A stretch of DNA of 64,000 nucleotides from a virus, in IMG/VR virus record IMGVR_UViG_3300022074_000004; one strand, 5' to 3'. Under the pieces are notes generated by a model that searched no databases, had not been told where the DNA came from, and worked only from the letters and a program-made list of their open reading frames with translations. Both the position numbers and the translations under genes were made by a program. Position 1 is the first letter of the stretch; every line of letters begins with the position of its first letter. Shown in pieces: positions 11,077-22,457 of the stretch.

Positions 11077-12828
11077 ATGGAAAAAAAGTTATATGTTGTA
11101 ACACTATACAATCGCGAAGATCTAGAAGATTTTTACGCGGAAATGGAAGAGAGTGGGTATAAAAGAGAATTGAAGAGACCTCTGAGCAGAAACACTAATT
11201 ATTTTTTAGATCCATATCAGGTAACAAAACTTAAAGAAGACCCTAGAGTATGGGATGTTGCCCTTGTAGAAGATTTTGAGTTTAAAGAAGACGGTTTTGT
11301 AAATAGAGTTCCATACAACGTCGATGTTGACGCAAATTCTGGAACTTTTTATAAAGGATCTGGGCTTACACTTACAAGTCAAAGTTGGGCAATACCACAT
11401 TGTGCCGGTCCAACTACTGGAAAAGGTGTATATGGTAAAGATGCTACAGGAGCATTAACTGGAGATGTTACTGTTTTTGGTGATGGTAGGCATGTTGATA
11501 TAGTTGTTGGAGATAGTCCAATCGCATATGATTCGGAGGAATGGTATAGTCTTGATGGTTCAACAAATAGATTTGTTCAATACCAATGGTTTGATGAACT
11601 AAATCAATATCTAGATGACTTTGACACAACTTGGGATCAGGCCAGTTTAAACTTAATATTTTCAGATAATCAATATGGTGGATCTGGAACTATTGAGTAC
11701 TACACACTAGCGGAGCAGATTGCAAATTCCATCAATGATCACGGGTATAGTATGGCATCGATCGCTGCTGGAAAAATCTATGGCTGGGCAAAAGAATCAA
11801 ACATTTATAGTTTAGTTTGTATTGGAACTTACAAAAGTGGTCAATATATAAGAAATGATCTATTAATGGATTATCTACGTGCTTTTCACAGATATAAACC
11901 AATAAACCCCGAGACTGGGAAACAAAATCCAACTGTTTTTAATGCAAGTTTTAGCACTTCGACGCCAACAGCAAAAAGAGTTGATGCTAACGGAAATGTG
12001 ACTTATGATTTAGAGCTTTCTGATATAGTGGCAATTCTTTCGGGGCCAGATGTATCAAATATAACAAACTATAATGCAGGAAATCCGGGACCATCTGGTT
12101 GGACAGAAGCTGGACTTGCAGCAGATTTTGGAATAACCTTTGGTGTTGATAGTTATCCATTGTATAGTACATCATTAGTTGCTGATTTAGAGGATGCAAT
12201 AGATGATGGAATAATTGTTTGCACATCAGCCGGAAATACTGATTTAAAAATTGATAAGGAGACAGGAAGTGATTGGAATAATCATATTGCAATTCTAGAT
12301 TCAGACGAAGCACAAGGTTATAGACTATTTCCATACAATAAAGGTTCTTTCCCAGCTTCTCCAGAGACATCAGTAACCATTGTAGGTGCTATTGGTGCAA
12401 ACTCTGATCTTGGGATATGGGATGACTCAAATTATGGACCAGGAGTTGGTGTATATGCTCCAGGAGAATTAATAATATGTGGGGTAGCACGATCAGCAGC
12501 TTCATTTGAAAATGCAGCATCATATTCTTCTGGTGGTCATTATTTCTATGTAAGTACTGGAACGAGTGCTGCAACTCCACAAGTTTCGGGAGCGGCAGCA
12601 TTGCTTGCATCTGGTTCATATAGATTTACTCAAGACGATCTGAATGCATATTTAGAAAACCATAGTATATACGATCTATTGACTATACCAACATCAAAGG
12701 ATGGCAGTGAGAACAAGATGCTACACATAGAAAACCCAAGGAATGAATCTGGATATATTGATAACAGTGTAGGGATAAGAGGTGATAGTGGATCTGTTTA
12801 TCCTCGCAAAGATACACTTTTTGGTTAA
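11077..12828 (+). CDS. Subtilisin-like serine protease (peptidase S8) with probable N-terminal propeptide
   Basis: Catalytic motifs in order: VDIVVGDS (Asp), DHGYSMASIAAG (His), SAGN (oxyanion Asn), TGTSAATPQVSGAAALL (Ser). Confidence 0.88.
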   Translation: MEKKLYVVTLYNREDLEDFYAEMEESGYKRELKRPLSRNTNYFLDPYQVTKLKEDPRVWDVALVEDFEFKEDGFVNRVPYNVDVDANSGTFYKGSGLTLTSQSWAIPHCAGPTTGKGVYGKDATGALTGDVTVFGDGRHVDIVVGDSPIAYDSEEWYSLDGSTNRFVQYQWFDELNQYLDDFDTTWDQASLNLIFSDNQYGGSGTIEYYTLAEQIANSINDHGYSMASIAAGKIYGWAKESNIYSLVCIGTYKSGQYIRNDLLMDYLRAFHRYKPINPETGKQNPTVFNASFSTSTPTAKRVDANGNVTYDLELSDIVAILSGPDVSNITNYNAGNPGPSGWTEAGLAADFGITFGVDSYPLYSTSLVADLEDAIDDGIIVCTSAGNTDLKIDKETGSDWNNHIAILDSDEAQGYRLFPYNKGSFPASPETSVTIVGAIGANSDLGIWDDSNYGPGVGVYAPGELIICGVARSAASFENAASYSSGGHYFYVSTGTSAATPQVSGAAALLASGSYRFTQDDLNAYLENHSIYDLLTIPTSKDGSENKMLHIENPRNESGYIDNSVGIRGDSGSVYPRKDTLFG

Positions 12829-12838
12829 TAAATAAATA
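12829..12838 (+). promoter_or_regulatory. Tandem late promoter cores before gp8
   Basis: TAAATAAATA in a short intergenic gap. Confidence 0.6.
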
Positions 12839-12852
12839 AAAACCTTTGTGTA

Positions 12853-14406
12853 ATGGCAGCAATAATCACGGACCAAATTAGAATTTTAAATGCAAAGAAT
12901 TTTGTCAATGAAGTAAAGTCTTCTAACAATTCTTATTACTCATTTATTGGTCTCCCAAACTCAACAGAATATCAATCTGATTGGAATGTAAGCCCGCCTT
13001 CACCAAAAGATAATTTTGATGAAGAGAATAATTATTGGGATACAATGATTGCAATGAAGAGGATAAGCTCTTCCGATATAAGGAGAGTTGTTGTAAGAAG
13101 GCCATGGAACTCTGGTACAACTTATGACATGTATAGACATGATTATAACAGATCAAATACTGCAAAAATATCTGGAGCCACTAATTTATACAACTCATCT
13201 TTTTATGTTGTAAACAGTGAATATAAAGTATATATTTGTCTGCAAAATGGAACTACGCCGGATAACCCAAGCGGAAAGCCATCATTGGATGAGCCACTTT
13301 TCACGGATCTAGAACCTAGAGCTGCTGGAAGTAGTGGAGATGGATATATTTGGAAATATTTGTATACAATTAAGCCAAATGATATTATAAAATTTGAATC
13401 GACAGATTTTATTCCTGTCCCAGAAGACTGGGAAAGCGGACCAGATAATGACTCTGTGCGAAATAATGCTGTAAATGGATCTATTAAGACTGTAGTTATA
13501 CTCAATAGAGGGGAAGGGATTGGTCCTATTGGAGGAACCGAATTTACCAGGGTTCCGATATCTGGTGATGGTACAGGAGCAGAGTGTACTATTATAACAA
13601 ATAATGATAGAAAAGTTGAGTCAATAACAATTTCAAATCAAGGGCAGAATTATACATACGGAACTGTAGATTTAAGTGCAGGATCTGTTCCAGATGGAAC
13701 TGTTACACCAGTATTTGATGTAATAATGTCACCACAGGGTGGACATGGTGCAGACATTTATAAAGAGTTGGGAGCATATAATGTATTACTCTATTCTAGA
13801 ATAGAGAATGATCAATCAAACCCAGATTTTATTTCCGGGAATCAAATTTCTAGAGTTGGCATCGTAGCAAATCCGAGACAAACTGATAATACTATCTTAA
13901 CCTTAGATAAAGCCAGTGCTGTTTATGCATTGAAATTGACTGGGGTTGGTTTTGATACTGCATCCTTTACTCCAAATTCAACTATTACACAAACTGTAGG
14001 AACAAATAAGACTGCTGTTGGTAGAGTTATTAGTTATGATCAAGTTACAGGAGTCTTGAAGTATTGGCAAGATAGAACCTCTCATGGATTTACGGTTTCT
14101 GGTGATGCTGTAGCCAATCCACAGTATGGGTTGGAATTATTAGAATTTACAAATACCCCAGAATCTGGAGGTAGTTTAACTATTGTTCCATCATCTGGTC
14201 AAAGTTTGGATATTGATACCAATTTTTCGGGTATTTCTACCACAATAAATAATAGAACTTACTATCTTGGTCAAGAATTTTTTGGCGGTTTATCTCTCCC
14301 AGAGGTTAAAAAATATTCTGGAGATATAATTTACGTAGATAATAGGCCATCTATTACTAGATCGCAAAATCAAAAAGAAGATATAAAGGTCATCTTGCAA
14401 TTCTAA
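12853..14406 (+). CDS. gp8: Baseplate wedge subunit gp8
   Basis: MAAIITDQIRILNAKNF start, YDMYRHDY, YKVYICLQNG, DGYIWKYLYTI, SGDIIYVDNR..QKEDIKVILQF end. Confidence 0.93.
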   Translation: MAAIITDQIRILNAKNFVNEVKSSNNSYYSFIGLPNSTEYQSDWNVSPPSPKDNFDEENNYWDTMIAMKRISSSDIRRVVVRRPWNSGTTYDMYRHDYNRSNTAKISGATNLYNSSFYVVNSEYKVYICLQNGTTPDNPSGKPSLDEPLFTDLEPRAAGSSGDGYIWKYLYTIKPNDIIKFESTDFIPVPEDWESGPDNDSVRNNAVNGSIKTVVILNRGEGIGPIGGTEFTRVPISGDGTGAECTIITNNDRKVESITISNQGQNYTYGTVDLSAGSVPDGTVTPVFDVIMSPQGGHGADIYKELGAYNVLLYSRIENDQSNPDFISGNQISRVGIVANPRQTDNTILTLDKASAVYALKLTGVGFDTASFTPNSTITQTVGTNKTAVGRVISYDQVTGVLKYWQDRTSHGFTVSGDAVANPQYGLELLEFTNTPESGGSLTIVPSSGQSLDIDTNFSGISTTINNRTYYLGQEFFGGLSLPEVKKYSGDIIYVDNRPSITRSQNQKEDIKVILQF

Positions 14407-14412
14407 AGGATT

Positions 14413-17400
14413 ATGCCACAGCAAACCAATCTCAACGTAGAGCCTTACTTTGACGATTTTAATTCTCTTAATGACTATCATCGGGTTCTATTTAAACCAG
14501 GATATCCTGTTCAAGCTAGAGAGCTAACAACTCTTCAGTCAATAATGCAAGATCAGATTGAAAAATTTGGTCAGCATTTTTTCAAGGAAGGATCCAAAGT
14601 TATTCCGGGAAATACTGGATACTCTCAATTATATTACTGTGTGCAGATAAATGCGACATACTTGGGCGTTCCAGTTTCTGCGTACATTGATCAGGTTGTT
14701 GGATCTAGAATAACTGGATTGACATCAGGAGTTTCTGCTTATGTTGATTTTGTATTGCCTGCTGATCAATCTGAAAGAGGATTATTGACATTATACGTCA
14801 ATTATTTAAGCTCAAGCACCCAAAATAACTCAACTCAAACATTCTCAGACGGAGAAGAGTTAGTTTCTGATGATGTACTAACATCAACTCTTTTTGCAAA
14901 TCCATTTGTGCAACAAGGATCTCCATTCGCCACAACAATTTCGAATGGTGCTGCAGCAACTGGTTCAGTATTCCAAATAGAAAGTGGTGTTTACTTCGTA
15001 AGAGGAAACTTTGTAGCAGTAGATAAGGAATATTTAATTTTAGATCAATATTCAGATAGACCAAACTATAGAGTAGGACTATTAATCAGTGAAGAAATTG
15101 TTACTGCTGATATTGATGAGTCTCTCAATGACAATTCTCAAGGATTTAATAACTACTCATCTCCTGGAGCAGACAGATTAAAAATTACTGCAAGTTTATT
15201 TAAGAAAGGATTAGATGATCTAGATGACACTAATTTTATTGAGCTTGCAATAGTAGAAAATGGAATTTTAAAAGTAAATAGTAATATATCCACATCAGGA
15301 ACTGGAATTAGGGATGGAATATCTGATGCGGTTGCAAATAGAAGCTTTATTCAATCTGGCAATTTTTATACAAAACCGTTTGAAGTTAGCGTAGAAGATT
15401 CTCTTGATAACAAAATAGGAAATAGAGGATTATTTGATGTAGACCAATTCACTCCAAGTGGTGGTTCTCCATCAGAAGACTTGGCAATATATAAAGTTTC
15501 TCCAGGAAAAGCTATAGTTAGGGGATTTGAAGTTGAAACGACATCACCAGTGATGATTGATGTGCAGAAGCCAAGAGTTAGCAAATCTCTAACAGATCAA
15601 TTGATTTCCTTTAATACTGGAAGCACTTTAATTATTAAAAAATTATATGGACTGCCAACCATAGGAATTGGAAATGGATATCACGTAAGTTTGAGGAATG
15701 CTGTAGTTGCTTCTTCTACAGGTGAAGCTGGAATGGAGATTGGTGTTGCGAGAGTTTACGATTTTAGATTAACATCAAGTACATATAATGCCAATTCTGA
15801 TGATAATGAGTGGGGTATTTCTCTTTATGATATTGATATATTTTCAACTGTAACTTTAAGCTCGTCAGTAACTTATGACACTCCAACATTTATAAGGGGT
15901 AGTAATAGTGGAGCAACTGCATTTTTAAGAGATAGTGTATCTTCCAGTAGCTCTATAACTGTATATGGTATAAAAGGAACTTTTGAAGATGGTGAAAAAC
16001 TGTATTTTGATGGTCTAGAAAGTGATATAACTATATCATCAATAACAAATTATGGATTGTCAGAAGTAAAATCATTGCTTTCAAAAGATGGAGCTACTGT
16101 TGATTTTAGTTGTGATTTGGTCAAAGTAAGTGACTCATCAGAAGATTCTTTATACACAGAGTTGACAAAGAAAAATATTTCTTCGGTAAATTTAGAAGAT
16201 TCATCCATTACAATTAGAAAAACATATACAGTAAATATCACAAATAATACTGTAGAGACAAATACAACACCTACTGCAGGTACTAATGAAGTATTTTTGC
16301 AGTTCAACCCAGAGAGATATTCCTTAGTTAGATCTGATGGGACTACAGAGCAATTAGATTTTTCAAAATTACAGCTTTCTTTAGACTCAAAGTCTCTTAT
16401 TTTCTCTAATTTAGGATCTGATGATGTAGGAGCTACTCTTATTGCGACATTAGAAAAGACTGCTCCGACTTCAAAAGCAAAGATACTGAATAGAGTTGAT
16501 TCGATTGTCATTGATAAGACAAAGTTATCTCATGCTCCAAATAACTTAGATTACAATACATATCCATTTGGAACCAGAGTAGAAGATGAAATTATATCCT
16601 TAAATAAACCAGATATCGTAGAGATACATGGCGTATTTGAATCTGCATCAAGTACGGTTAATGCATCTTGTCCAATGATTTCACTTATAACATTGAGTAC
16701 TCAGTCTTCAACAACAAGCGAACTGATAGCTGGAGAAACTATAGTAGGACAAATTAGCGGAGCTGTTGCAATTCTTGCGGAAAAACTTACCAATCCCACA
16801 GACATTTCTATTTTATATAAAAATGATACAAAGTTTAGAATTGGAGAACAAGTAATCTTCTCTGATTCAGACCACACAGCAGTAGTCAATAATGTAGTCG
16901 CTGAAAGTTTTGATATATCTTCAAATTACACATACTCAAGTGGTCAGGAAAAAACATTCTATAATTATGGAACTATAAAGAGAAAAACAGATGCTAATTC
17001 CCCAAGCAAGAGGTTAAAAATTTATTACTCAGTTGGTTACCATGATTCCACAGATGATGGTGATATTACCACTGTAAATTCATACCAAACTTTTAATTAT
17101 GGGTCAGAAATTCCATCTATCGATGGAATTAGAAACACAGATATTATCGATATCAGACCTAGAGTATCTGATTTTACTTATGACGAAACATCAGAACGCT
17201 CTCCACTAGAATTTTTTGGAAGAAGCTTTTCTCAGCAAGGAAATACTGCAAAAAATATTTTAGCATCAGGAGAGCAAATTTCTATTGACTTGGCTTACTA
17301 CAGAGGAAGAATAGATAGCATTTTCCTGACAAAAACGGGGAAGATGCAGGTTAAGTATGGAGTTCCTTCTGACAATCCAGAAAGACCAGATCAAGTAGAT

Positions 17401-20400
17401 GGTACTTTAGAAATTGCTACTATCAATATGCCCCCGTATCTTTATGATACAGAGGATAGCTCAATTACTATCTCTGAAAATAAGAGATACACTATGAGTG
17501 ACATAAAGAAATTAGAAGATAGAATTGAGAGCCTAGAAAAGTACACAACATTATCAGTACTAGAAACAAAAGCAGCAAATTTGTTTGTAGAAGACTCTAC
17601 TGGTCAAGACAGATTTAAATCTGGCTTCTTTGTTGATGACTTTACAACATTTAAATCCCAAGACGATTCCATTCCAATCAACAACAGCATTGACGAAAGT
17701 TGTAACGAATTGAGGCCAAGCCACTATACAACATCAGTTGATTTTATTCCAGGACCTGTGACTGGAATAGCCCCAGGAGAAGATTTATCACTATCCGAGA
17801 TAGAGGGAGTTAATATTAAGAGAGAGAATAATATAGTAACTTTAGATTATTCTGACGTTGAATGGCTTTCTCAAATGTTTGCTACAAGGACTGAGAGTGT
17901 TACCCCATTTATAACCAATTTCTGGCAGGGATTTGTAGATATTACTCCGAGCTCAAGTTCTTGGGTTGATATTAGAAAAAATGGAAGTGTAGATACCCAA
18001 GATGGATTTGAGCCAAATATTTGGAATTCTTGGCAAAAGAATTGGATTGGAGTAAGTCAAAATTATTCATTGAATGAATACTCTGCAGCAAAATATAAAA
18101 ATTCATCAATAACTCAAGAAGAAGGGAAAGCGACAGTTGGAATCAATAATCATGTCAATACTTTAAAGCCAAATCCTGGTTCTGGTCATAGAGTTCAAGA
18201 TAAGATTATTAAAAAAATAAGTTTGAGTACAAAATCAAAAAATATTCACTTCGAGGCAAAAAACATAAAGCCAGGAACAAGAATGTATGCATTCTTTGAT
18301 GGTAAAGATGTCAGTAAGTATTGTGTTCCAAAAATGTTGGAAATATCGATGCTAAATGGTACGTTTGAGGTTGGAGAAACTGTTGATGGTATTATGATTT
18401 CAAATGGCTTAGATCAGAAAACAAGTGAATCTGCTCGTATTTCATTTAGAGTCGCAAAAGCAAATCACAAAGAAGGTCCATACAATGCTCCAACCAAATT
18501 GTATGCAGAGGATCCATATAATGTCAGAATCATCCCTGATAACTATTCTTCAACGTCAACAATACTGAATGTAGATACAGTTTCACTATCAAATTATGCT
18601 GAAGTTGGATATCATGGATGGGTGGAAGTTGGTATGCTTCTCACAGGAAGAGATAGTGGAGCACAAGCAACTATATTAAGCACATCATTGGTATCAGATG
18701 CCACTACCTGTCTCACAGGCAGCTTCTATATTCCAGATTCATCAAGATCTATAAATCCAAAATTCGAATCAGGAGAGAAGGTATTTACTCTAAACAGTGA
18801 TGAAGATAATGATGAAAATATATCAACATCTGTTGCAGAAACATCATATTTCTCTTCCGGTATTCTAGAAACTGTATATGATGATATGGTATCTATTAGA
18901 AATCCAATATCTCAAAATAGACACGAATTTATTGAAAGTCTTGTCAGAAATGGAATTGATACTGAGGTTACATCTGGTGCTTCAAATAAAACATCACTTG
19001 AAAATACTGTCGCCTGGTGTGATCCACTTGCACAAGTATTTAAAGTTGAAGATGATCATGGAATATTTGCAACAAGATGTGATGTTTACTTCAGAACAAA
19101 GGATGTTACTGGAATACCAGTTGAAATTCAAATAAGACCGATGAAGAATGGTGTTCCATCTGATAAAATTGTTCCTGGATCAAGGATTGCACTAAATCCT
19201 GCAGAAATACAAACATCTTCTGATGGTTCATTAGCAACAACATTTGAGTTTGGTTCTCCAGTGTACTTAGAAGGTTCAAATACAGAGTATGCAGTCTGCT
19301 TGAAGTCAAGTTCAACTAAGTATTCCGTATATATTTCAAAAATAGGTGAGTTTGATATCCTTTCAGATTCATACATATCAAATCTCTCATATCTTGGCCC
19401 ATTATTTAAATCACAAAATACTTCTAGTTGGGAGCCAAGTTTACTGGAAAATCTCAAGTTCTCTATCTACAGAGCAGATTTCTTAGAATCCGGATCCGTA
19501 GAATTTTATAATAAAGAATTGGCATCATCTAAACTAATGCCAGATTCTCTGTCATTTAGTTCTAGAAAAATAAAAGTAACATTAACAGCTGCCATAACTG
19601 CCCTATCACCAGGAACTGTTCTGACACAAGATAATACAAATGCAACAGCAATTGTAACTAAATCAACAACAACTGAGTTAACACTCGACAATGTTCAGGG
19701 AGAATTTTTACAGAATAATACGGATAAACTAATATACACTCCTGTAGGTGGATCTGCTACTGATTTAGTAGATGGATCAAGTAATTTAGTTTATCCAAGT
19801 GCAATCAATATTACAGGTGATGGATTGCATGTAAAGATCAATCATAAAAATCATGGAATGCACTCAACGAATAATAAAGTTAAATTATCAAAGGTTAGCT
19901 CTGATATAAAAGCAACCAAATTGAGTGTTCTTTATCCTACAGGATCTACAATATCAATATCGCTTGATGATGCATCTGAATTTTCAACTTTTGAAAATGT
20001 TCCTGTAGGGACAAATAATACTGGCTTCATAATAATTGAGGATGAAATAATTGAATACACTGGTGTAACCGGAAATCAACTTACTGGTATCACTAGAGGA
20101 ATTGATAATACCTCTTCCAGAACATATCCTTTTGGAACTCCAGTTTATAAGTATGAAGTAAATGGAATAAATTTGAGAAGAATCAATAAAACTCATGATA
20201 TTGCTATTTCGGAAACAACACCAGTAACATTTGATTCTTATTATATTAAATTGGATATGTCCGAAGTGTTCAATTCAAATAATGATCCTAGAGATGATGA
20301 TCTCATATCAGCTAAGTTGTTTGCAAAGGAGACAAAAACTTGTGGGGGATATTTGGCTGAGGCTGCATACAATATCCCATTTGAAATAATAACTCCAAAT

Positions 20401-21114
20401 ATTCACAACTTGACAGTTGATGGAACAAATATATCTGCTCAAATAAGAACTACTACAGGCCAATCTTTGAGTGATGAAGAAGTGCCGTTCCTGAATACTG
20501 GATTTGAAGAGGTATCAATAAATAAGACAAATTATTTAAATTCTCCAAGAATTATTTGCTCAAAAGTTAATGAAGATGCGAGAATGTCCGCAAATCCAGG
20601 AAGCAAATCAGCAAACCTCAGATTATTCTTAAGCACGACAAATTCAAAACTAAGTCCTGTAATTGATGCAGAAAGAGTAAGTATGATACTTACATCAACA
20701 AGGATCAATAGTATAATTGAGAATTATGCTACGGATGATAGAGCTAATCAATTGTTCACAGATCCCACTGCATGCCAATATGTTTCCAAGGAAATGAATA
20801 TTGAGAGTTCAGCAAAAGCAATCAAGATCCTACTCAATGCAGAATTAACCCAGGGAACAGAAATTCGTGCTTTCTATGCCACGAGTCCAAACAAAGGGTT
20901 TGATCCAGTATTTACACCATTCCCAGGAAAGGGAAGTGCTAAAGATGGAACCCCAGACAAAACGGTTGCAAAATCTCTTGGATATAAAGAATATGAGTTT
21001 ACAACTCCAGAACTATCTGAATTTAAGTCATATAAGATAAAAATAATCTTAACGTCTAAGAGCCAGGTAAATATCCCAAGAATTAGAGATTTAAAAGTAA
21101 TCGCATTGGCATAA
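14413..21114 (+). CDS. VrlC-like (DUF4815-type) large virion structural protein
   Basis: NLNVEPYFDDF..HRVLFKPGYPVQARELTTLQS, PGADRLKI, RYTMSDIKKLEDRIESLEKYT, FKSGFFVDDF, DPLAQ, PRIRDLKVIALA end; between gp8 and gp13. Confidence 0.88.
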   Translation: MPQQTNLNVEPYFDDFNSLNDYHRVLFKPGYPVQARELTTLQSIMQDQIEKFGQHFFKEGSKVIPGNTGYSQLYYCVQINATYLGVPVSAYIDQVVGSRITGLTSGVSAYVDFVLPADQSERGLLTLYVNYLSSSTQNNSTQTFSDGEELVSDDVLTSTLFANPFVQQGSPFATTISNGAAATGSVFQIESGVYFVRGNFVAVDKEYLILDQYSDRPNYRVGLLISEEIVTADIDESLNDNSQGFNNYSSPGADRLKITASLFKKGLDDLDDTNFIELAIVENGILKVNSNISTSGTGIRDGISDAVANRSFIQSGNFYTKPFEVSVEDSLDNKIGNRGLFDVDQFTPSGGSPSEDLAIYKVSPGKAIVRGFEVETTSPVMIDVQKPRVSKSLTDQLISFNTGSTLIIKKLYGLPTIGIGNGYHVSLRNAVVASSTGEAGMEIGVARVYDFRLTSSTYNANSDDNEWGISLYDIDIFSTVTLSSSVTYDTPTFIRGSNSGATAFLRDSVSSSSSITVYGIKGTFEDGEKLYFDGLESDITISSITNYGLSEVKSLLSKDGATVDFSCDLVKVSDSSEDSLYTELTKKNISSVNLEDSSITIRKTYTVNITNNTVETNTTPTAGTNEVFLQFNPERYSLVRSDGTTEQLDFSKLQLSLDSKSLIFSNLGSDDVGATLIATLEKTAPTSKAKILNRVDSIVIDKTKLSHAPNNLDYNTYPFGTRVEDEIISLNKPDIVEIHGVFESASSTVNASCPMISLITLSTQSSTTSELIAGETIVGQISGAVAILAEKLTNPTDISILYKNDTKFRIGEQVIFSDSDHTAVVNNVVAESFDISSNYTYSSGQEKTFYNYGTIKRKTDANSPSKRLKIYYSVGYHDSTDDGDITTVNSYQTFNYGSEIPSIDGIRNTDIIDIRPRVSDFTYDETSERSPLEFFGRSFSQQGNTAKNILASGEQISIDLAYYRGRIDSIFLTKTGKMQVKYGVPSDNPERPDQVDGTLEIATINMPPYLYDTEDSSITISENKRYTMSDIKKLEDRIESLEKYTTLSVLETKAANLFVEDSTGQDRFKSGFFVDDFTTFKSQDDSIPINNSIDESCNELRPSHYTTSVDFIPGPVTGIAPGEDLSLSEIEGVNIKRENNIVTLDYSDVEWLSQMFATRTESVTPFITNFWQGFVDITPSSSSWVDIRKNGSVDTQDGFEPNIWNSWQKNWIGVSQNYSLNEYSAAKYKNSSITQEEGKATVGINNHVNTLKPNPGSGHRVQDKIIKKISLSTKSKNIHFEAKNIKPGTRMYAFFDGKDVSKYCVPKMLEISMLNGTFEVGETVDGIMISNGLDQKTSESARISFRVAKANHKEGPYNAPTKLYAEDPYNVRIIPDNYSSTSTILNVDTVSLSNYAEVGYHGWVEVGMLLTGRDSGAQATILSTSLVSDATTCLTGSFYIPDSSRSINPKFESGEKVFTLNSDEDNDENISTSVAETSYFSSGILETVYDDMVSIRNPISQNRHEFIESLVRNGIDTEVTSGASNKTSLENTVAWCDPLAQVFKVEDDHGIFATRCDVYFRTKDVTGIPVEIQIRPMKNGVPSDKIVPGSRIALNPAEIQTSSDGSLATTFEFGSPVYLEGSNTEYAVCLKSSSTKYSVYISKIGEFDILSDSYISNLSYLGPLFKSQNTSSWEPSLLENLKFSIYRADFLESGSVEFYNKELASSKLMPDSLSFSSRKIKVTLTAAITALSPGTVLTQDNTNATAIVTKSTTTELTLDNVQGEFLQNNTDKLIYTPVGGSATDLVDGSSNLVYPSAINITGDGLHVKINHKNHGMHSTNNKVKLSKVSSDIKATKLSVLYPTGSTISISLDDASEFSTFENVPVGTNNTGFIIIEDEIIEYTGVTGNQLTGITRGIDNTSSRTYPFGTPVYKYEVNGINLRRINKTHDIAISETTPVTFDSYYIKLDMSEVFNSNNDPRDDDLISAKLFAKETKTCGGYLAEAAYNIPFEIITPNIHNLTVDGTNISAQIRTTTGQSLSDEEVPFLNTGFEEVSINKTNYLNSPRIICSKVNEDARMSANPGSKSANLRLFLSTTNSKLSPVIDAERVSMILTSTRINSIIENYATDDRANQLFTDPTACQYVSKEMNIESSAKAIKILLNAELTQGTEIRAFYATSPNKGFDPVFTPFPGKGSAKDGTPDKTVAKSLGYKEYEFTTPELSEFKSYKIKIILTSKSQVNIPRIRDLKVIALA

Positions 21115-21115
21115 T

Positions 21116-21313
21116 ATGGAATACAAAAGAGATGATTCTACAAATTCTATATCAAATACAGATACAAACAAATATGAGGAATATGTATCAAGAAGAAATT
21201 CTAAGATAAAACATAATAAAAAAGTTGATTCTATGAGAGTTGATTTGGACAATATGAAAGATGAAATTAGTGAAATTAAAATGATGTTAAAAAAACTCAC
21301 TGATGGAATATGA
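21116..21313 (+). CDS. Small coiled-coil protein following VrlC-like gene
   Basis: ORF abutting upstream gene; C-terminal heptads LDNMKDEISEIKMMLKKL. Confidence 0.75.
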   Translation: MEYKRDDSTNSISNTDTNKYEEYVSRRNSKIKHNKKVDSMRVDLDNMKDEISEIKMMLKKLTDGI

Positions 21314-21569
21314 TGAGCTTATACTGACTGGAAACATGTTAAATTTTGAACAGCTAAAAGAAAAGTGCCTTGAAAATCCACCAAGACACCCACAGTTTAA
21401 AAACTTAATACCATATATTGAAGAATGTGATGATATTGAGGAAATGAGAAAAATGGCATTATCTTGGTGTTGGTCTGTCTATCACCAAGAAGATGCTAAA
21501 AGAGACATGTATAATACTATAAGATATATGGAAACAGGAACTTGTGATGGTGATGGTGGGGTTTTATGA
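21303..21569 (+). CDS. Hypothetical protein
   Basis: 88-aa ORF filling the gap before gp13. Confidence 0.6.
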   Translation: MEYDELILTGNMLNFEQLKEKCLENPPRHPQFKNLIPYIEECDDIEEMRKMALSWCWSVYHQEDAKRDMYNTIRYMETGTCDGDGGVL

Positions 21570-21576
21570 ATAATGA

Positions 21577-21582
21577 TAAATA
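21577..21582 (+). promoter_or_regulatory. Late promoter core before gp13
   Basis: Intergenic ATAAATA. Confidence 0.65.
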
Positions 21583-21607
21583 CTTTCAATAGGTCTATTA
21601 GAAGTAA

Positions 21608-22456
21608 ATGTCAAAGCCATCAAGTAGGTCTGAATTAGTAAATTATTGTAAAAGACAATTAGGTGCTCCAGTACTAGAAATTAATGTTGCCGAAGAGCAA
21701 CTAGATGATCTTGTAGATGACGCTCTGCAGTATTATCATGAAAGGCATTTTGATGGAGTGGTGCAAACTTACTTAAAGTATAAAATAACACAAGATGATA
21801 TTGATAGAGGTAGAGCAAAAGAAAAAGATGGAAATGTAGGTGTAACTACAACGACTGTTAGCTCAGAGATGCCAGGAATGGGAACTGTAAGTTTTTCCTA
21901 CAATGAATCTGGTAATTATTTACAAGTTCCATCGTCTGTAATAGGAATAACTAAGATATATCACTTTGATGGTGCAAATACCACTACAAATAATATGTTT
22001 AGTTTGAAATATCAAATGTTTCTAAATGATCTCTACTATTGGGGGTCTATGGAGATTCTTACATATGCGATGACTAAAACATATTTGGAAGATCTTAACT
22101 TCTTATTAACGACTGAAAAGCAAATCAGATTTAATCAGAGAATGGATCGATTGTATATTGATATTGATTGGTCAGCCGTAAAAGAAGGCGAGTACTTGAT
22201 TATAGATTGCTATCGTCTTCTTGACCCAAACGAATATACAGATGTATGGAACGATTCTTTTTTAAAAAGATACCTAACGGCACTCGTGAAGAGACAGTGG
22301 GGGCAGAATCTAATTAAGTTTACTGGAGTAAAACTTCCCGGAGGAGTTGAGTTAAATGGAAGAATGATATACGAAGATGCTCAGAGAGAAATTGACTATA
22401 TCCTAGAGGAAATGTCAAGCACATATGAGCTCCCACCACTAGATATGATTGGTTAA
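21608..22456 (+). CDS. gp13: Neck protein gp13
   Basis: LGAPVLEINV, HFDG, KRQWGQNLIKFTGVKLPGGVELNG, ELPPLDMIG. Confidence 0.95.
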   Translation: MSKPSSRSELVNYCKRQLGAPVLEINVAEEQLDDLVDDALQYYHERHFDGVVQTYLKYKITQDDIDRGRAKEKDGNVGVTTTTVSSEMPGMGTVSFSYNESGNYLQVPSSVIGITKIYHFDGANTTTNNMFSLKYQMFLNDLYYWGSMEILTYAMTKTYLEDLNFLLTTEKQIRFNQRMDRLYIDIDWSAVKEGEYLIIDCYRLLDPNEYTDVWNDSFLKRYLTALVKRQWGQNLIKFTGVKLPGGVELNGRMIYEDAQREIDYILEEMSSTYELPPLDMIG

Positions 22457-22457
22457 T

